Source: a virus (lineage: Duplodnaviria > Heunggongvirae > Uroviricota > Caudoviricetes). Taken from it: a DNA stretch of 41,232 nucleotides. The DNA is taken from the IMG/VR virus record IMGVR_UViG_2877263951_000005. The stretch is one strand, 5' to 3'. Positions 9,315 to 17,847 of this stretch are shown in pieces. The position numbers were made by a program, and so were the translations under genes. The number at the start of each line of letters is the position of its first letter. The first letter of the stretch is position 1. The notes below the pieces were generated by a model, which did not search any database, had not been told where the DNA came from, and worked only from the letters and a program-made list of their open reading frames with translations.

Positions 9315-10133
9315 ATGTGTCAGGTATTTGGTGTATCCAGGAGCGGTTATTACAACTGGGTACAGCATGAACCCTCAGACAGAAAACAAAGTGATGAGCG
9401 GCTAAAACTGGAGATTAAGGTGGCACATATCCGCACTCGCGAAACATATGGAACCCGGCGGCTCCAGACGGAGCTGGCAGAGAATGGCATCATCGTTGGT
9501 CGTGACCGACTGGCACGTCTTCGTAAGGAGCTGAGGCTACGCTGTAAGCAGAAACGCAAGTTCAGAGCGACTACGAACCCGAACCACAATCTGCCAGTTG
9601 CGCCAAATCTGCTGAACCAGACGTTCGCTCCTACAGCACCAAATCAGGTCTGGGTGGCGGACCTGACGTATGTTGCCACACAGGAGGGATGGTTGTACCT
9701 CGCTGGCATCAAAGATGTTTATACGTGTGAAATTGTCGGCTACGCCATGGGAGAGCGCATGACAAAAGAGCTGACAGGTAAAGCCCTGTTTATGGCGCTC
9801 AGGAGCCAGCGCCCACCTGCCGGGCTAATCCACCACTCTGATCGAGGTTCACAGTACTGCGCATACGATTACCGGGTCATACAGGAGCAGTCTGGTCTGA
9901 AAACATCAATGTCGCGTAAAGGTAACTGTTACGACAACGCTCCGATGGAAAGCTTCTGGGGAACGCTGAAAAATGAGAGCCTGAGCCACTATCGTTTTAA
10001 TAACCGGGATGAAGCCATCTCAGTAATACGGGAATACATTGAGATTTTCTACAATCGTCAGCGTCGTCACTCTCGTCTGGGGAATATCTCCCCGGCAGCC
10101 TTCAGGGAAAAATATCATCAGATGGCTGCTTAA
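9315..10133 (+). CDS. IS600 OrfB (DDE transposase frame; OrfAB via -1 frameshift at A7G)
   Basis: 272-aa ORF with HHSDRGSQY and NCYDNAPMESFW motifs. Confidence 0.9.
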   Translation: MCQVFGVSRSGYYNWVQHEPSDRKQSDERLKLEIKVAHIRTRETYGTRRLQTELAENGIIVGRDRLARLRKELRLRCKQKRKFRATTNPNHNLPVAPNLLNQTFAPTAPNQVWVADLTYVATQEGWLYLAGIKDVYTCEIVGYAMGERMTKELTGKALFMALRSQRPPAGLIHHSDRGSQYCAYDYRVIQEQSGLKTSMSRKGNCYDNAPMESFWGTLKNESLSHYRFNNRDEAISVIREYIEIFYNRQRRHSRLGNISPAAFREKYHQMAA

Positions 10134-10782
10134 AAAAAGAACAAATGGTAGTGTCCGCTATTGCCAGTACACCTCACAGATTCCTGTTATTACCACCGAA
10201 CTTTTGGCGCAGCTTTACGGCACTGAGCCGGTGCGTATTCGCCAGAATCATCATGAGAACAAAGTACGCTTCGTTGAAGGGAAACACTTTTTCAAAGTTG
10301 TTGGTAATGACCTTAAAGAATTGCGGGTCGCTTTAAACTACTCACAAAATCCAGTTTCACCCAAAGCCCGCTCCCTCATCCTCTGGACAGAACGAGGCGC
10401 AGCACGCCACGGCAAAATGCTCGAAACCGATCAGGCGTGGGATGTGTTCGAAAAACTGGAAGACTGCTATTTCAGTCAAAGGGATCCGTCAACGCCAGTT
10501 TCATGCCAGAAAAGTTACGACACGCGAGTTCTCTGTTATCAGAGAGGCGGTGTCACTGTTTCCACAATTCAGTTACGGGATGATGATATTGTTATTTCCC
10601 TTGAGTCATGGCTGGAACTGGCGAGAGCCAATGGTTGGTTTGTTGTTCGCAGAGATAAACTGGTGGAAAGGTTGATGCAGCTTTAAAAAAGTTCTTGCAT
10701 TTTTGCACATAAACTGCTTCAATTCCGGTAAGCTTCGCAAAGCTGTATCGCGAGGCGAATAGCAGACATGGACACTTGAAAG

Positions 10783-10806
10783 AACCCGCTTTATGCGGGT
10801 TTTTTT
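10783..10806 (+). terminator. Rho-independent terminator
   Basis: aacccgc-tttat-gcgggtt plus a T run. Confidence 0.75.
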
Positions 10807-10894
10807 GTGCCTGAAAAATGGCACAGGGCGTTAAACGCGCTGGTGGTCAGATGAGTTTGCAGATGTGATGACATATGGTTATTATTCTGCCTCC

Positions 10895-10971
10895 GGCCCT
10901 TTAGCTCAGTTGGTCAGAGCGAGCGACTCATAATCGCCAGGTCGCTGGTTCAAGTCCAGCAAGGGCCACCA
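10895..10971 (+). tRNA. tRNA with CAU anticodon (ileX/ileZ-like tRNA-Ile2, or Met)
   Basis: 77 nt, ggcccttt...ctcataa...ttcaagtccagcaagggccacca. Very similar to E. coli ileX as I recall it. Confidence 0.85.
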
Positions 10972-10972
10972 A

Positions 10973-11049
10973 CCACCACTAGCTCATCCGGATAGAGCAT
11001 CAACCTTCTAAGTTGACGGTGCGAGGTTCGAGTCCTCGGTGGTGGGCCA
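10973..11049 (+). tRNA. tRNA-Arg (UCU)
   Basis: 77 nt with anticodon loop cttctaa, T-arm cgagg-ttcgagt-cctcg, and acceptor ccaccac/gtggtgg (C1-G72). Confidence 0.8.
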
Positions 11050-11051
11050 GC

Positions 11052-11127
<76 letters not shown>

Positions 11128-11130
11128 TAT

Positions 11131-11205
<75 letters not shown>

Positions 11206-11319
11206 TGACCTTTCTTAAAGTACTCCAACCTACTGAATCCTAAGGGATACGGCTTTAAGCCTCCTTGCAGAGTTACTTACTGTAACCCACTGTGTAACCC
11301 TCTCAGGGCATACAGACAT

Positions 11320-12924
11320 ATGATTCAGCTATCCAGTAGTCACAAACTTCCAGCAGTCTACTATCTCTACCAGCGTAACGGCGTCTACTACTTCCGTCTT
11401 AGGGTCAGACAATCAAACAATGATAGAATGACCTCAATATCATTACGGACCAAGGATAGACGCACCGCTATGGCTTACTCAAGGCACATAAAGGCAGCAC
11501 TCAAGGCAATACACGCAGACAGACCCAACGCTACCTACGAGGAAATGAGGGAACACCTTAAGGACATCGCTGAGTGTGAACTGTCTATGGGCCGTTCAGA
11601 TCTCTTTGAGCCTGACATGAGGGATATCTACCGGGACCAATACGGAGAACTTGGTGAGAGCCTTACCGATGCTCTGGCTAGTGAGCCGCTAAGCATTGAC
11701 CAGCATCGTTACATCAATGAGGCCCTGAAGGTGCTAAAAGCCTGTATGAGGCGTATCGAAGCGGGAGACAGTCAGCCTCTGATAGATTACGTCGATCTTT
11801 TTAATGATATTGATAGGCAAGATAACCAAGCAGACTCTGTGTCCCTATCTGTTAATGCTCCAGAAGTAAAACCAGAAGTTACGCCTAGCATTACCATAGC
11901 GAGCCTCTTTGAGCAATACGAAGCGGAGAACTATCAGAACTGGAAGCCTGCAACCTTAAGGGAAAACAAGGCGTCACACGCTGCGTTAATCGAAATATTC
12001 GACCATCTGGGTCTCAATGCAGACGCTAACAGGGCTGACATGCTTAGGGTCCGTGATGTGCTCCAGCAGTTACCTAGGAACCGTAAGCAGCGCTTCAAGG
12101 ATGTCCCACTTGCTGACCTGTTGAGCCGTGAAGATAAGACAGATTGTCTGGATGTCGTTACCATCAACAACAAGTATCTTATTAAGATGGCTGCTGTCTT
12201 TAGGTGGGCTGTGCGCAATGACTTGATTAAAAAGAACATGACTGAGGGTCTGGAGCTTAAAGTCCCTCAGCGTAAAGCCTCAGGGGCCCGTAACGCCTTC
12301 TCTACGGAGCAGGTGGGGCAACTACTGGTCGCAGCTAAGGCATACTCTCAGAAGACCTCTGGTAAGCCGTATCATTATTATGTTACCGCCTTGGCTGCTA
12401 TCACTGGGGCGAGACTCAATGAAATAGCCCAACTACAGGTCAAAGACGTCAGGACCACTGAGGCGGGAACCGTTTATATTCATATCAATGAAGACGATAG
12501 TAGTCTACCCGGTAAGAGCATCAAGAACGCTCATAGTGACCGCTGTGTGCCTCTGGTCGATGGGGCCTATGGTTTTATATTGGCTGACTTTATGGCGCTT
12601 GTAGAGACCCGTAGAGGCGCTGACGGTGATGACGCTATGGTGTTCGATGGTCTGCGTCTCATGAAGAACGGTTACGGTGAGCAGGTGAGTAAATGGTTTA
12701 ATCGGACGTTGTTGCCTAAAGTCCTCGTAGACCGTAGCGGCTTAGCGTTTCACTCGTTTAGACATACAGTTGCGACCCAGTTAAAACAACATGGGGTCGA
12801 GTTGGTGTATGCACAGGCGATCATGGGGCATAGTTCAGGGTCTATTACGTACGACCGTTATGCTAAAGAGGTCGAGGTTGATAGGCTGGTCAATGTGATG
12901 GCTGATGTTTATAAGGAGACCTAG
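11320..12924 (+). CDS. Tyrosine recombinase/integrase (unusually long, 534 aa)
   Basis: Catalytic signature ...ITGARLNEI..., HSFRHTVAT, GHSSGSITYDRY. It lies 114 bp downstream of tRNA-Gly. Nucleotide style is rich in cttaag/cctaagg words. Confidence 0.85.
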   Translation: MIQLSSSHKLPAVYYLYQRNGVYYFRLRVRQSNNDRMTSISLRTKDRRTAMAYSRHIKAALKAIHADRPNATYEEMREHLKDIAECELSMGRSDLFEPDMRDIYRDQYGELGESLTDALASEPLSIDQHRYINEALKVLKACMRRIEAGDSQPLIDYVDLFNDIDRQDNQADSVSLSVNAPEVKPEVTPSITIASLFEQYEAENYQNWKPATLRENKASHAALIEIFDHLGLNADANRADMLRVRDVLQQLPRNRKQRFKDVPLADLLSREDKTDCLDVVTINNKYLIKMAAVFRWAVRNDLIKKNMTEGLELKVPQRKASGARNAFSTEQVGQLLVAAKAYSQKTSGKPYHYYVTALAAITGARLNEIAQLQVKDVRTTEAGTVYIHINEDDSSLPGKSIKNAHSDRCVPLVDGAYGFILADFMALVETRRGADGDDAMVFDGLRLMKNGYGEQVSKWFNRTLLPKVLVDRSGLAFHSFRHTVATQLKQHGVELVYAQAIMGHSSGSITYDRYAKEVEVDRLVNVMADVYKET

Positions 12925-13011
12925 AGGAGACCATAGTCTAGGATGACACTTACTACAGACCTGTGTGGTCATGTTTTTGACTCATAGTTTTCTCTACTTG
13001 TCAAGGATAAT

Positions 13012-13034
13012 TAATACGACTCACTATAGGGAGA
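13012..13034 (+). promoter_or_regulatory. Phage T7 class III consensus promoter (23/23), +1 = G13029
   Basis: taatacgactcactatagggaga is an exact match to the T7 RNAP consensus from -17 to +6. The flanks do not resemble the common vector contexts I know. Confidence 0.85.
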
Positions 13035-13231
13035 AGGGACACAAAAAGTTTTCTCTTCTAGGACAACTAACCGTAACTTATCGCATCCTTTCAGGGGCGG
13101 GATGACCAATTACAGACACCAAGCGTTCTACTTAAAGTGAATGCTTCCTGTGTGCTCTGGGTCAGTCGATAAGTGAATAGCAATAAGACACAATCATCTT
13201 AATTATGGTCTCTAGTCCCTACAGGGGCTTA

Positions 13232-13371
13232 ACTTAAAGTTAACTTAAAGACACAATTAAAGATTAACTTATAGTATTACTTAAAGTTAACTTAAAGACA
13301 CAATTAGAGATTAACTTTAAGTATTAAATAAAAGATTTAATTAAAGACCAATTAAAGATTAACTCTAAGGG
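13232..13371 (+). repeat. AT-rich tandem repeat, 47-bp unit x ~2.9, built of cttaaag/attaaag words
   Basis: 13232-13278 and 13279-13325 are 44/47 identical. A degenerate third copy runs to ~13371. Confidence 0.9.
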
Positions 13372-13421
13372 AATACCTTAAGGGGTGATGATATTTATAA
13401 TAATCAATCACCAAACCTATA

Positions 13422-13492
13422 GGTCTTCTCTAGGGTCTCTCTATAGGTCTTCTCTATGGTCTCTCTATAGGTCTCTCTAGGGTCTCCTCTAG
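13422..13492 (+). repeat. Iteron array: 6 tandem 11-12-nt units ggtct(t)ctcta(t/g)
   Basis: ggtcttctcta gggtctctctata ggtcttctctat ggtctctctata ggtctctctag ggtctcctctag. Confidence 0.9.
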
Positions 13493-13512
13493 GCATTACC
13501 CCCAGAAGCTAA

Positions 13513-13552
13513 CTCTATGGCCCTCTATGGTCCTCTATGGTCCTCTATGGCC
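13513..13552 (+). repeat. 4 tandem 10-nt units ctctatgg(c/t)c
   Basis: ctctatggcc ctctatggtc ctctatggtc ctctatggcc. Confidence 0.9.
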
Positions 13553-13600
13553 CTGTACGTCATTCTTTAGGATGCCCTGTAGTTTCGTATAGCCTGATGC

Positions 13601-13646
13601 CTAGAGAGACCCTAGAGAGACCCTAGAGTGGCTCCTAGAGAGACCC
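13601..13646 (+). repeat. Inverted iteron array: ctagagagacc x3 plus one degenerate copy
   Basis: ctagagagacc is the exact reverse complement of the ggtctctctag unit at 13470-13480. A further inverted copy, ctagaggagacc, overlaps the integrase stop codon at 12921-12932. Confidence 0.9.
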
Positions 13647-13807
13647 TCCCAGTAGCTCCGCACAGCTACATCGTCATCATCATAGTATTCAATCTCAAAG
13701 TCATTCTGTTTGCATCCTGTTGTCCTGCTGGTCTCCCTTCGCTTGGGGACTTTGAGTAGGTCAGTGGGGGTGCGACTTCAGGGTGCAAACAAAAAGGAAA
13801 TCAAGCG

Positions 13808-13990
13808 ATGTCTCAACAACCACAACAACCACAACAACCACAACAACCACAACAACCACAACAAGAAATCAGCATCATTAACCTCGACCAGCTTGTGTCC
13901 ATGACCTCAGTTGAAATTGCTGAGCTGACAGGCAAGGAGCACCGAAATGTCCTTCGTGATATTCGTAAGATGCTCGAAGAACTTAACGCG
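13808..13990 (+). pseudogene. Rha-family (Phage_pRha-like) regulatory protein, N-terminal 61 codons only, cut by IS1
   Basis: MSQ(QPQ)n...MTSVEIAELTGKEHRNVLRDIRKMLEELNA, then an IS1 end at 13991. RBS aaggaaa is upstream. Confidence 0.65.
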
Positions 13991-14045
13991 GGTAATGCTG
14001 CCAACTTACTGATTTAGTGTATGATGGTGATTTTAAGGTGCTTGC

Positions 14046-14321
14046 GTGGCTTCCATTTCCATCAGATGTCCTTCCTGCTCCGCTACTGAAGGCGTGGTGC
14101 GTAACGGCAAAAGCACTGCCGGACATCAGCGCTATCTCTGCTCTCATTGCCGTAAAACATGGCAACTACAGTTCACTTACACCGCCTCTCAGCCCGGTAC
14201 GCACCAGAAAATCATTGATATGGCCATGAATGGCGTCGGATGTCGCGCCAGCGCACGCATTATGGGCGTTGGCCTCAACACGGTTTTACGTCACTTAAAA
14301 AACTCAGGCCGCAGTCGGTAA
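14046..14321 (+). CDS. insA: IS1 InsA
   Basis: Identical 91-aa InsA. Confidence 0.95.
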   Translation: MASISIRCPSCSATEGVVRNGKSTAGHQRYLCSHCRKTWQLQFTYTASQPGTHQKIIDMAMNGVGCRASARIMGVGLNTVLRHLKNSGRSR

Positions 14322-14743
14322 CCTCGCGCATACAACCGGGCAGTGATGTGATTGTCTGCGCTGAAATGGACGAACATTGGGGCTACGTCGGTGCTAAATC
14401 ACGTCAGCGCTGGCTGTTTTACGCGTATGACAGGATACGGAGGACGGTTGTGGCGCACGTCTTCGGTGAACGCACTCTGGCCACACTGGAGCGTCTTCTG
14501 AGCCTGCTGTCGGCCTTTGAGGTCGTGGTATGGATGACGGATGGCTGGCCGCTGTATGAATCACGCCTGAAGGGAAAGCTGCACGTTATCAGCAAGCGTT
14601 ACACTCAGCGCATTGAGCGACATAATCTGAATCTGAGACAACATCTGGCAAGGCTGGTACGGAAGTCACTGTCGTTCTCAAAATCGGTGGAGCTGCATGA
14701 CAAGGTCATCGGGCATTATCTGAACATAAAACACTATCAGTAA
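14240..14743 (+). CDS. insB: IS1 InsB' frame
   Basis: 167 aa. This copy has MSRQRTHYG where the others have MSRQCTHYG. Confidence 0.9.
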   Translation: MSRQRTHYGRWPQHGFTSLKKLRPQSVTSRIQPGSDVIVCAEMDEHWGYVGAKSRQRWLFYAYDRIRRTVVAHVFGERTLATLERLLSLLSAFEVVVWMTDGWPLYESRLKGKLHVISKRYTQRIERHNLNLRQHLARLVRKSLSFSKSVELHDKVIGHYLNIKHYQ

Positions 14744-14758
14744 GTTGGAGTCATTACC

Positions 14759-15707
14759 AAAAAAAGCAACAGCGTATTTTGCACAGGAGTCGCTGAAAAA
14801 TACGCGTTAATCGAACAATGGCGACAACAATTTCCCATTGAAGCGATGTGTCAGGTATTTGGTGTATCCAGGAGCGGTTATTACAACTGGGTACAGCATG
14901 AACCCTCAGACAGAAAACAAAGTGATGAGCGGCTAAAACTGGAGATTAAGGTGGCACATATCCGCACTCGCGAAACATATGGAACCCGGCGGCTCCAGAC
15001 GGAGCTGGCAGAGAATGGCATCATCGTTGGTCGTGACCGACTGGCACGTCTTCGTAAGGAGCTGAGGCTACGCTGTAAGCAGAAACGCAAGTTCAGAGCG
15101 ACTACGAACCCGAACCACAATCTGCCAGTTGCGCCAAATCTGCTGAACCAGACGTTCGCTCCTACAGCACCAAATCAGGTCTGGGTGGCGGACCTGACGT
15201 ATGTTGCCACACAGGAGGGATGGTTGTACCTCGCTGGCATCAAAGATGTTTATACGTGTGAAATTGTCGGCTACGCCATGGGAGAGCGCATGACAAAAGA
15301 GCTGACAGGTAAAGCCCTGTTTATGGCGCTCAGGAGCCAGCGCCCACCTGCCGGGCTAATCCACCACTCTGATCGAGGTTCACAGTACTGCGCATACGAT
15401 TACCGGGTCATACAGGAGCAGTCTGGTCTGAAAACATCAATGTCGCGTAAAGGTAACTGTTACGACAACGCTCCGATGGAAAGCTTCTGGGGAACGCTGA
15501 AAAATGAGAGCCTGAGCCACTATCGTTTTAATAACCGGGATGAAGCCATCTCAGTAATACGGGAATACATTGAGATTTTCTACAATCGTCAGCGTCGTCA
15601 CTCTCGTCTGGGGAATATCTCCCCGGCAGCCTTCAGGGAAAAATATCATCAGATGGCTGCTTAAAAAAAGAACAAATGGTAGTGTCCGCTATTGCCAGTA
15701 CACCTCA
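14759..15707 (+). mobile_element. IS600 copy 2, 5'-truncated (last 949 bp)
   Basis: It begins at the first A of the orfA/orfB slippery run aaaaaaag (equivalent to 9228 in copy 1). The normal right end ...gtacacctca is at 15707. Confidence 0.9.
14846..15664 (+). CDS. IS600 OrfB frame (orphan, no OrfA)
   Basis: 272 aa, identical to copy 1 OrfB. Confidence 0.85.
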   Translation: MCQVFGVSRSGYYNWVQHEPSDRKQSDERLKLEIKVAHIRTRETYGTRRLQTELAENGIIVGRDRLARLRKELRLRCKQKRKFRATTNPNHNLPVAPNLLNQTFAPTAPNQVWVADLTYVATQEGWLYLAGIKDVYTCEIVGYAMGERMTKELTGKALFMALRSQRPPAGLIHHSDRGSQYCAYDYRVIQEQSGLKTSMSRKGNCYDNAPMESFWGTLKNESLSHYRFNNRDEAISVIREYIEIFYNRQRRHSRLGNISPAAFREKYHQMAA

Positions 15708-16060
15708 GTAATCCATCCAGGCCTGTTGTTGCAGAGCTTGGCGATGATTCAGGCTGGCATTTTTTCAGCCAGAGAAACCCGGATAACAGCATAGTGTTCA
15801 CTGTTAACGGACAGGTAATTCCGTTAAATTACGGAAACTTCGATGCCCGCTATAAATATCGAACAGAGGGGGTACAGGATGTACGGTATGGCCATGAAAT
15901 GTATTACAGCCCCGGCAGTAACACCGTTTCGTGGAGATTTTGCGCACCTTCGGGACACGGGCTGTCAGGGATGGCGATATCGGATACCGGCCGTAACTCA
16001 GCGGATAACGTTGACGGTGTGTATTACCGACCACTGCAAAAACTGATTAATGGCACCTAG
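15708..16060 (+). pseudogene. Phage tail-fibre protein, C-terminal fragment (5' part removed at IS600 junction)
   Basis: ...NGQVIPLNYGNFDARYKYRTEGVQDVRYGHEMYYSPGSNTVSWRF...YYRPLQKLINGT, followed by a tail-fibre assembly gene. Confidence 0.6.
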
Positions 16061-16083
16061 TATAACGTAGCGAGTATTTAACA

Positions 16084-16628
16084 ATGTTGCATTTAAAAAA
16101 TATTACTACGGGTAATCCGAAAACAGCAGAACAATATCAGATGACAAAACGATATTCGGTCACCTGGCTTTTTTCAGAAGACGGAAAAAACTGGTATGAA
16201 GAGCTGAAGAATTTCGCCAGGACACAATTAAAATAACTTACACCGGAGACGGTCGCGTGGTGTGGGTCGGTAAGGATGTGACAGGCATTGAACCCCGTAA
16301 CGCCAGTGTTATTGAAGTTCCTGATATTACCGCCAACCGCCGCATTACCGCGCCGGGTTACTGGTTTTACCGCAATGATGAATTTGTCTTTGACTACAGA
16401 CTCAAAGCGGAAGATGAGCGTGATGCCCTTCTGGCTCAGGTCAGTGCCCGGACAGGGGAATGGGAAGAAGACCTGTTGCTGGGGCTAATCAGCGACGAAG
16501 ACCGGGAAAAACTGAAAGCGTACCGCATTTACGCGAAATCGCTGCAGGCGATGGATTTCAGTGTCATCACTGATAAAACCTCATACAACGCCATTGAATG
16601 GCCCGCTTCTCCGGAAATTTCTTCCTGA
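16084..16628 (+). pseudogene. Tail-fibre assembly protein (Tfa/TfaE-like), frameshifted
   Basis: [44 protein letters not shown]... stops at 16234-16236. It continues in another frame as ...[37 protein letters not shown]... A 1-nt loss near 16210 is inferred. Confidence 0.75.
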
Positions 16629-16651
16629 TTTAATTTATCGCGAGAAAAACT

Positions 16652-17837
16652 ATGTCTGTAGTGATATCAGGTGCGCTGACTGATGGCGCAGGTATCTCCA
16701 TGTCCGGATACCATATTATTCTGAAATCCCGGGTAAACACCCCGGAAGTGGTGATGCACACTGTTGCTGATGTGATGACAGGAAACGATGGTGAATACTG
16801 TTTCCATGCGCGGACTGGAAAATATGGTGTGTATCTGAAACAGGACTGGCACAACGAGTACAACGTTGGCGACATTGCTGTATATGAGGACTCAAAGCCC
16901 GGTACGCTGAATGACTTTCTGATTGCTCCTGATGAGGGCGACCTGAAACCAGATGTCGTCAAACGCTTTGAGGAAATGGTGGCGCAGGCGCAGCAGAGCA
17001 GGCCAAAAATGACATTGATGCTGCGCTGACCGGCACTCTGAAAACGGCTAACCATCTGTCTGAAATCGCAGCAGCAGGCGAAAAGGCACAACAGAAGTCC
17101 CGGGATAATCTGGGGCTGAAAAGTGCGGCCACGATGGAAGCACAGAGCGACATTTACGACCGGACAAAAGGCCGTCTGGCGATACCCGGCGCATTCGGCT
17201 TTGGGTGTGCTTTTCTGCCTGAAGATGTTATCCGTTTTGACACTAAGAGTGATTTCCTGGCCTGGGTAAGGAATGCGCTGCCAGGTGAATATTCCGTTGC
17301 TGGCCCCTACGGCATCATCATACCCGACACACGGTTTGAAGGGGTGCTCAGCATCCGGTGGACTGATGCACGCCCTGAGACAACAGAACCGCGGTACAGA
17401 GCCAAATCCCTTACTTTTTACGGCATTAACGGCCCCATTTATCACACCCGCTACCGCTACTGGCCCATATCCAGACTGACTGGGTGAAAATAAATATAAC
17501 CACAGAAGATATTATTTACAGAATCGTGGCGAGCTCTGTCCGCAACAGATGGGGAGACCCTGACATTGGCGGGCTGATTATTGCTGCGTACCAGGGAGAA
17601 GCTGACGGTGATAAAGTCATCAGACTTGTCAGGGGGCAGTCATACAGAGGCTCACGACTGGGACCGGTGGGGATTTCAGTGCCCAGTACTCCCACCGGAA
17701 CGTATATAGCATCCCCACAATTTTTCATTACGGGATGTTCAGAGCATTCATTACCGGGGTCATATTGCGCCCTGTCCGGGGTGCCGGATGCTCATGTCTC
17801 TGGCGCAATGCCCGGGCTTTTTATTCGCACATCGTGA
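16652..17837 (+). pseudogene. Side tail-fibre protein (lambda Stf-like N-terminus), at least two frameshifts
   Basis: MSVVISGALTDGAGISMSGYHIILKSRVNT...VYEDSKPGTLNDFL matches the prophage tail-fibre N-terminal domain. The frame breaks near 17027 and at 17485, and three consecutive ORF pieces cover the span. Confidence 0.7.
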
Positions 17838-17847
17838 GGAATGCACC

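Larger units (their letters stand above)
8913..10176 (+). mobile_element. IS600 copy 1 (1264 bp), simple insertion
   Basis: Ends are tgaggtagcctgagtttaacggacact... and ...agtgtccgctattgccagtacacctca. A 3-bp TSD cag flanks both ends. Confidence 0.95.
8862..10686 (+). pseudogene. Phage antirepressor / Roi-like DNA-binding protein (ORF6N-type), split by IS600
   Basis: MTTQISVETLSPITHNQ (8862-8912) continues in frame after the IS as IPVITTELLAQLYGTEPVRIRQNHHENKVRFVEGKHFFKV... (10180-10686). Confidence 0.7.
13991..14758 (+). mobile_element. IS1 copy 2 (768 bp), recombinant junction (no TSD)
   Basis: Complete ends. The left flank cttaacgcg and right flank aaaaaaagc differ, and the right flank is the interior of IS600. 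Confidence 0.95.

Noticed and set aside
13012-13034. The T7 promoter as cloning-vector contamination of the assembly.
   Set aside because: The flanking sequence does not match the pET, pBluescript or pGEM contexts I know. It blends into a repeat-rich region with the same oligonucleotide style as the adjacent integrase gene. I cannot formally exclude contamination without a vector screen, so it is listed as a check.
13232-13646. The dense short-repeat region was considered as a CRISPR array.
   Set aside because: The repeats are contiguous tandem units of 10-12 or 47 nt with no unique spacers. Several different unit types occur, with inverted copies, and no cas genes are nearby.
13710-14004. 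ORFs 13710-13904 (+, ...NHNNHNNHNN...) and 13813-14004 (-, ...CCGCCGCCG...).
   Set aside because: These are alternative-frame and antisense readings of the (caacaacca)5 microsatellite inside the Rha-like ORF. They have no RBS and are low complexity.
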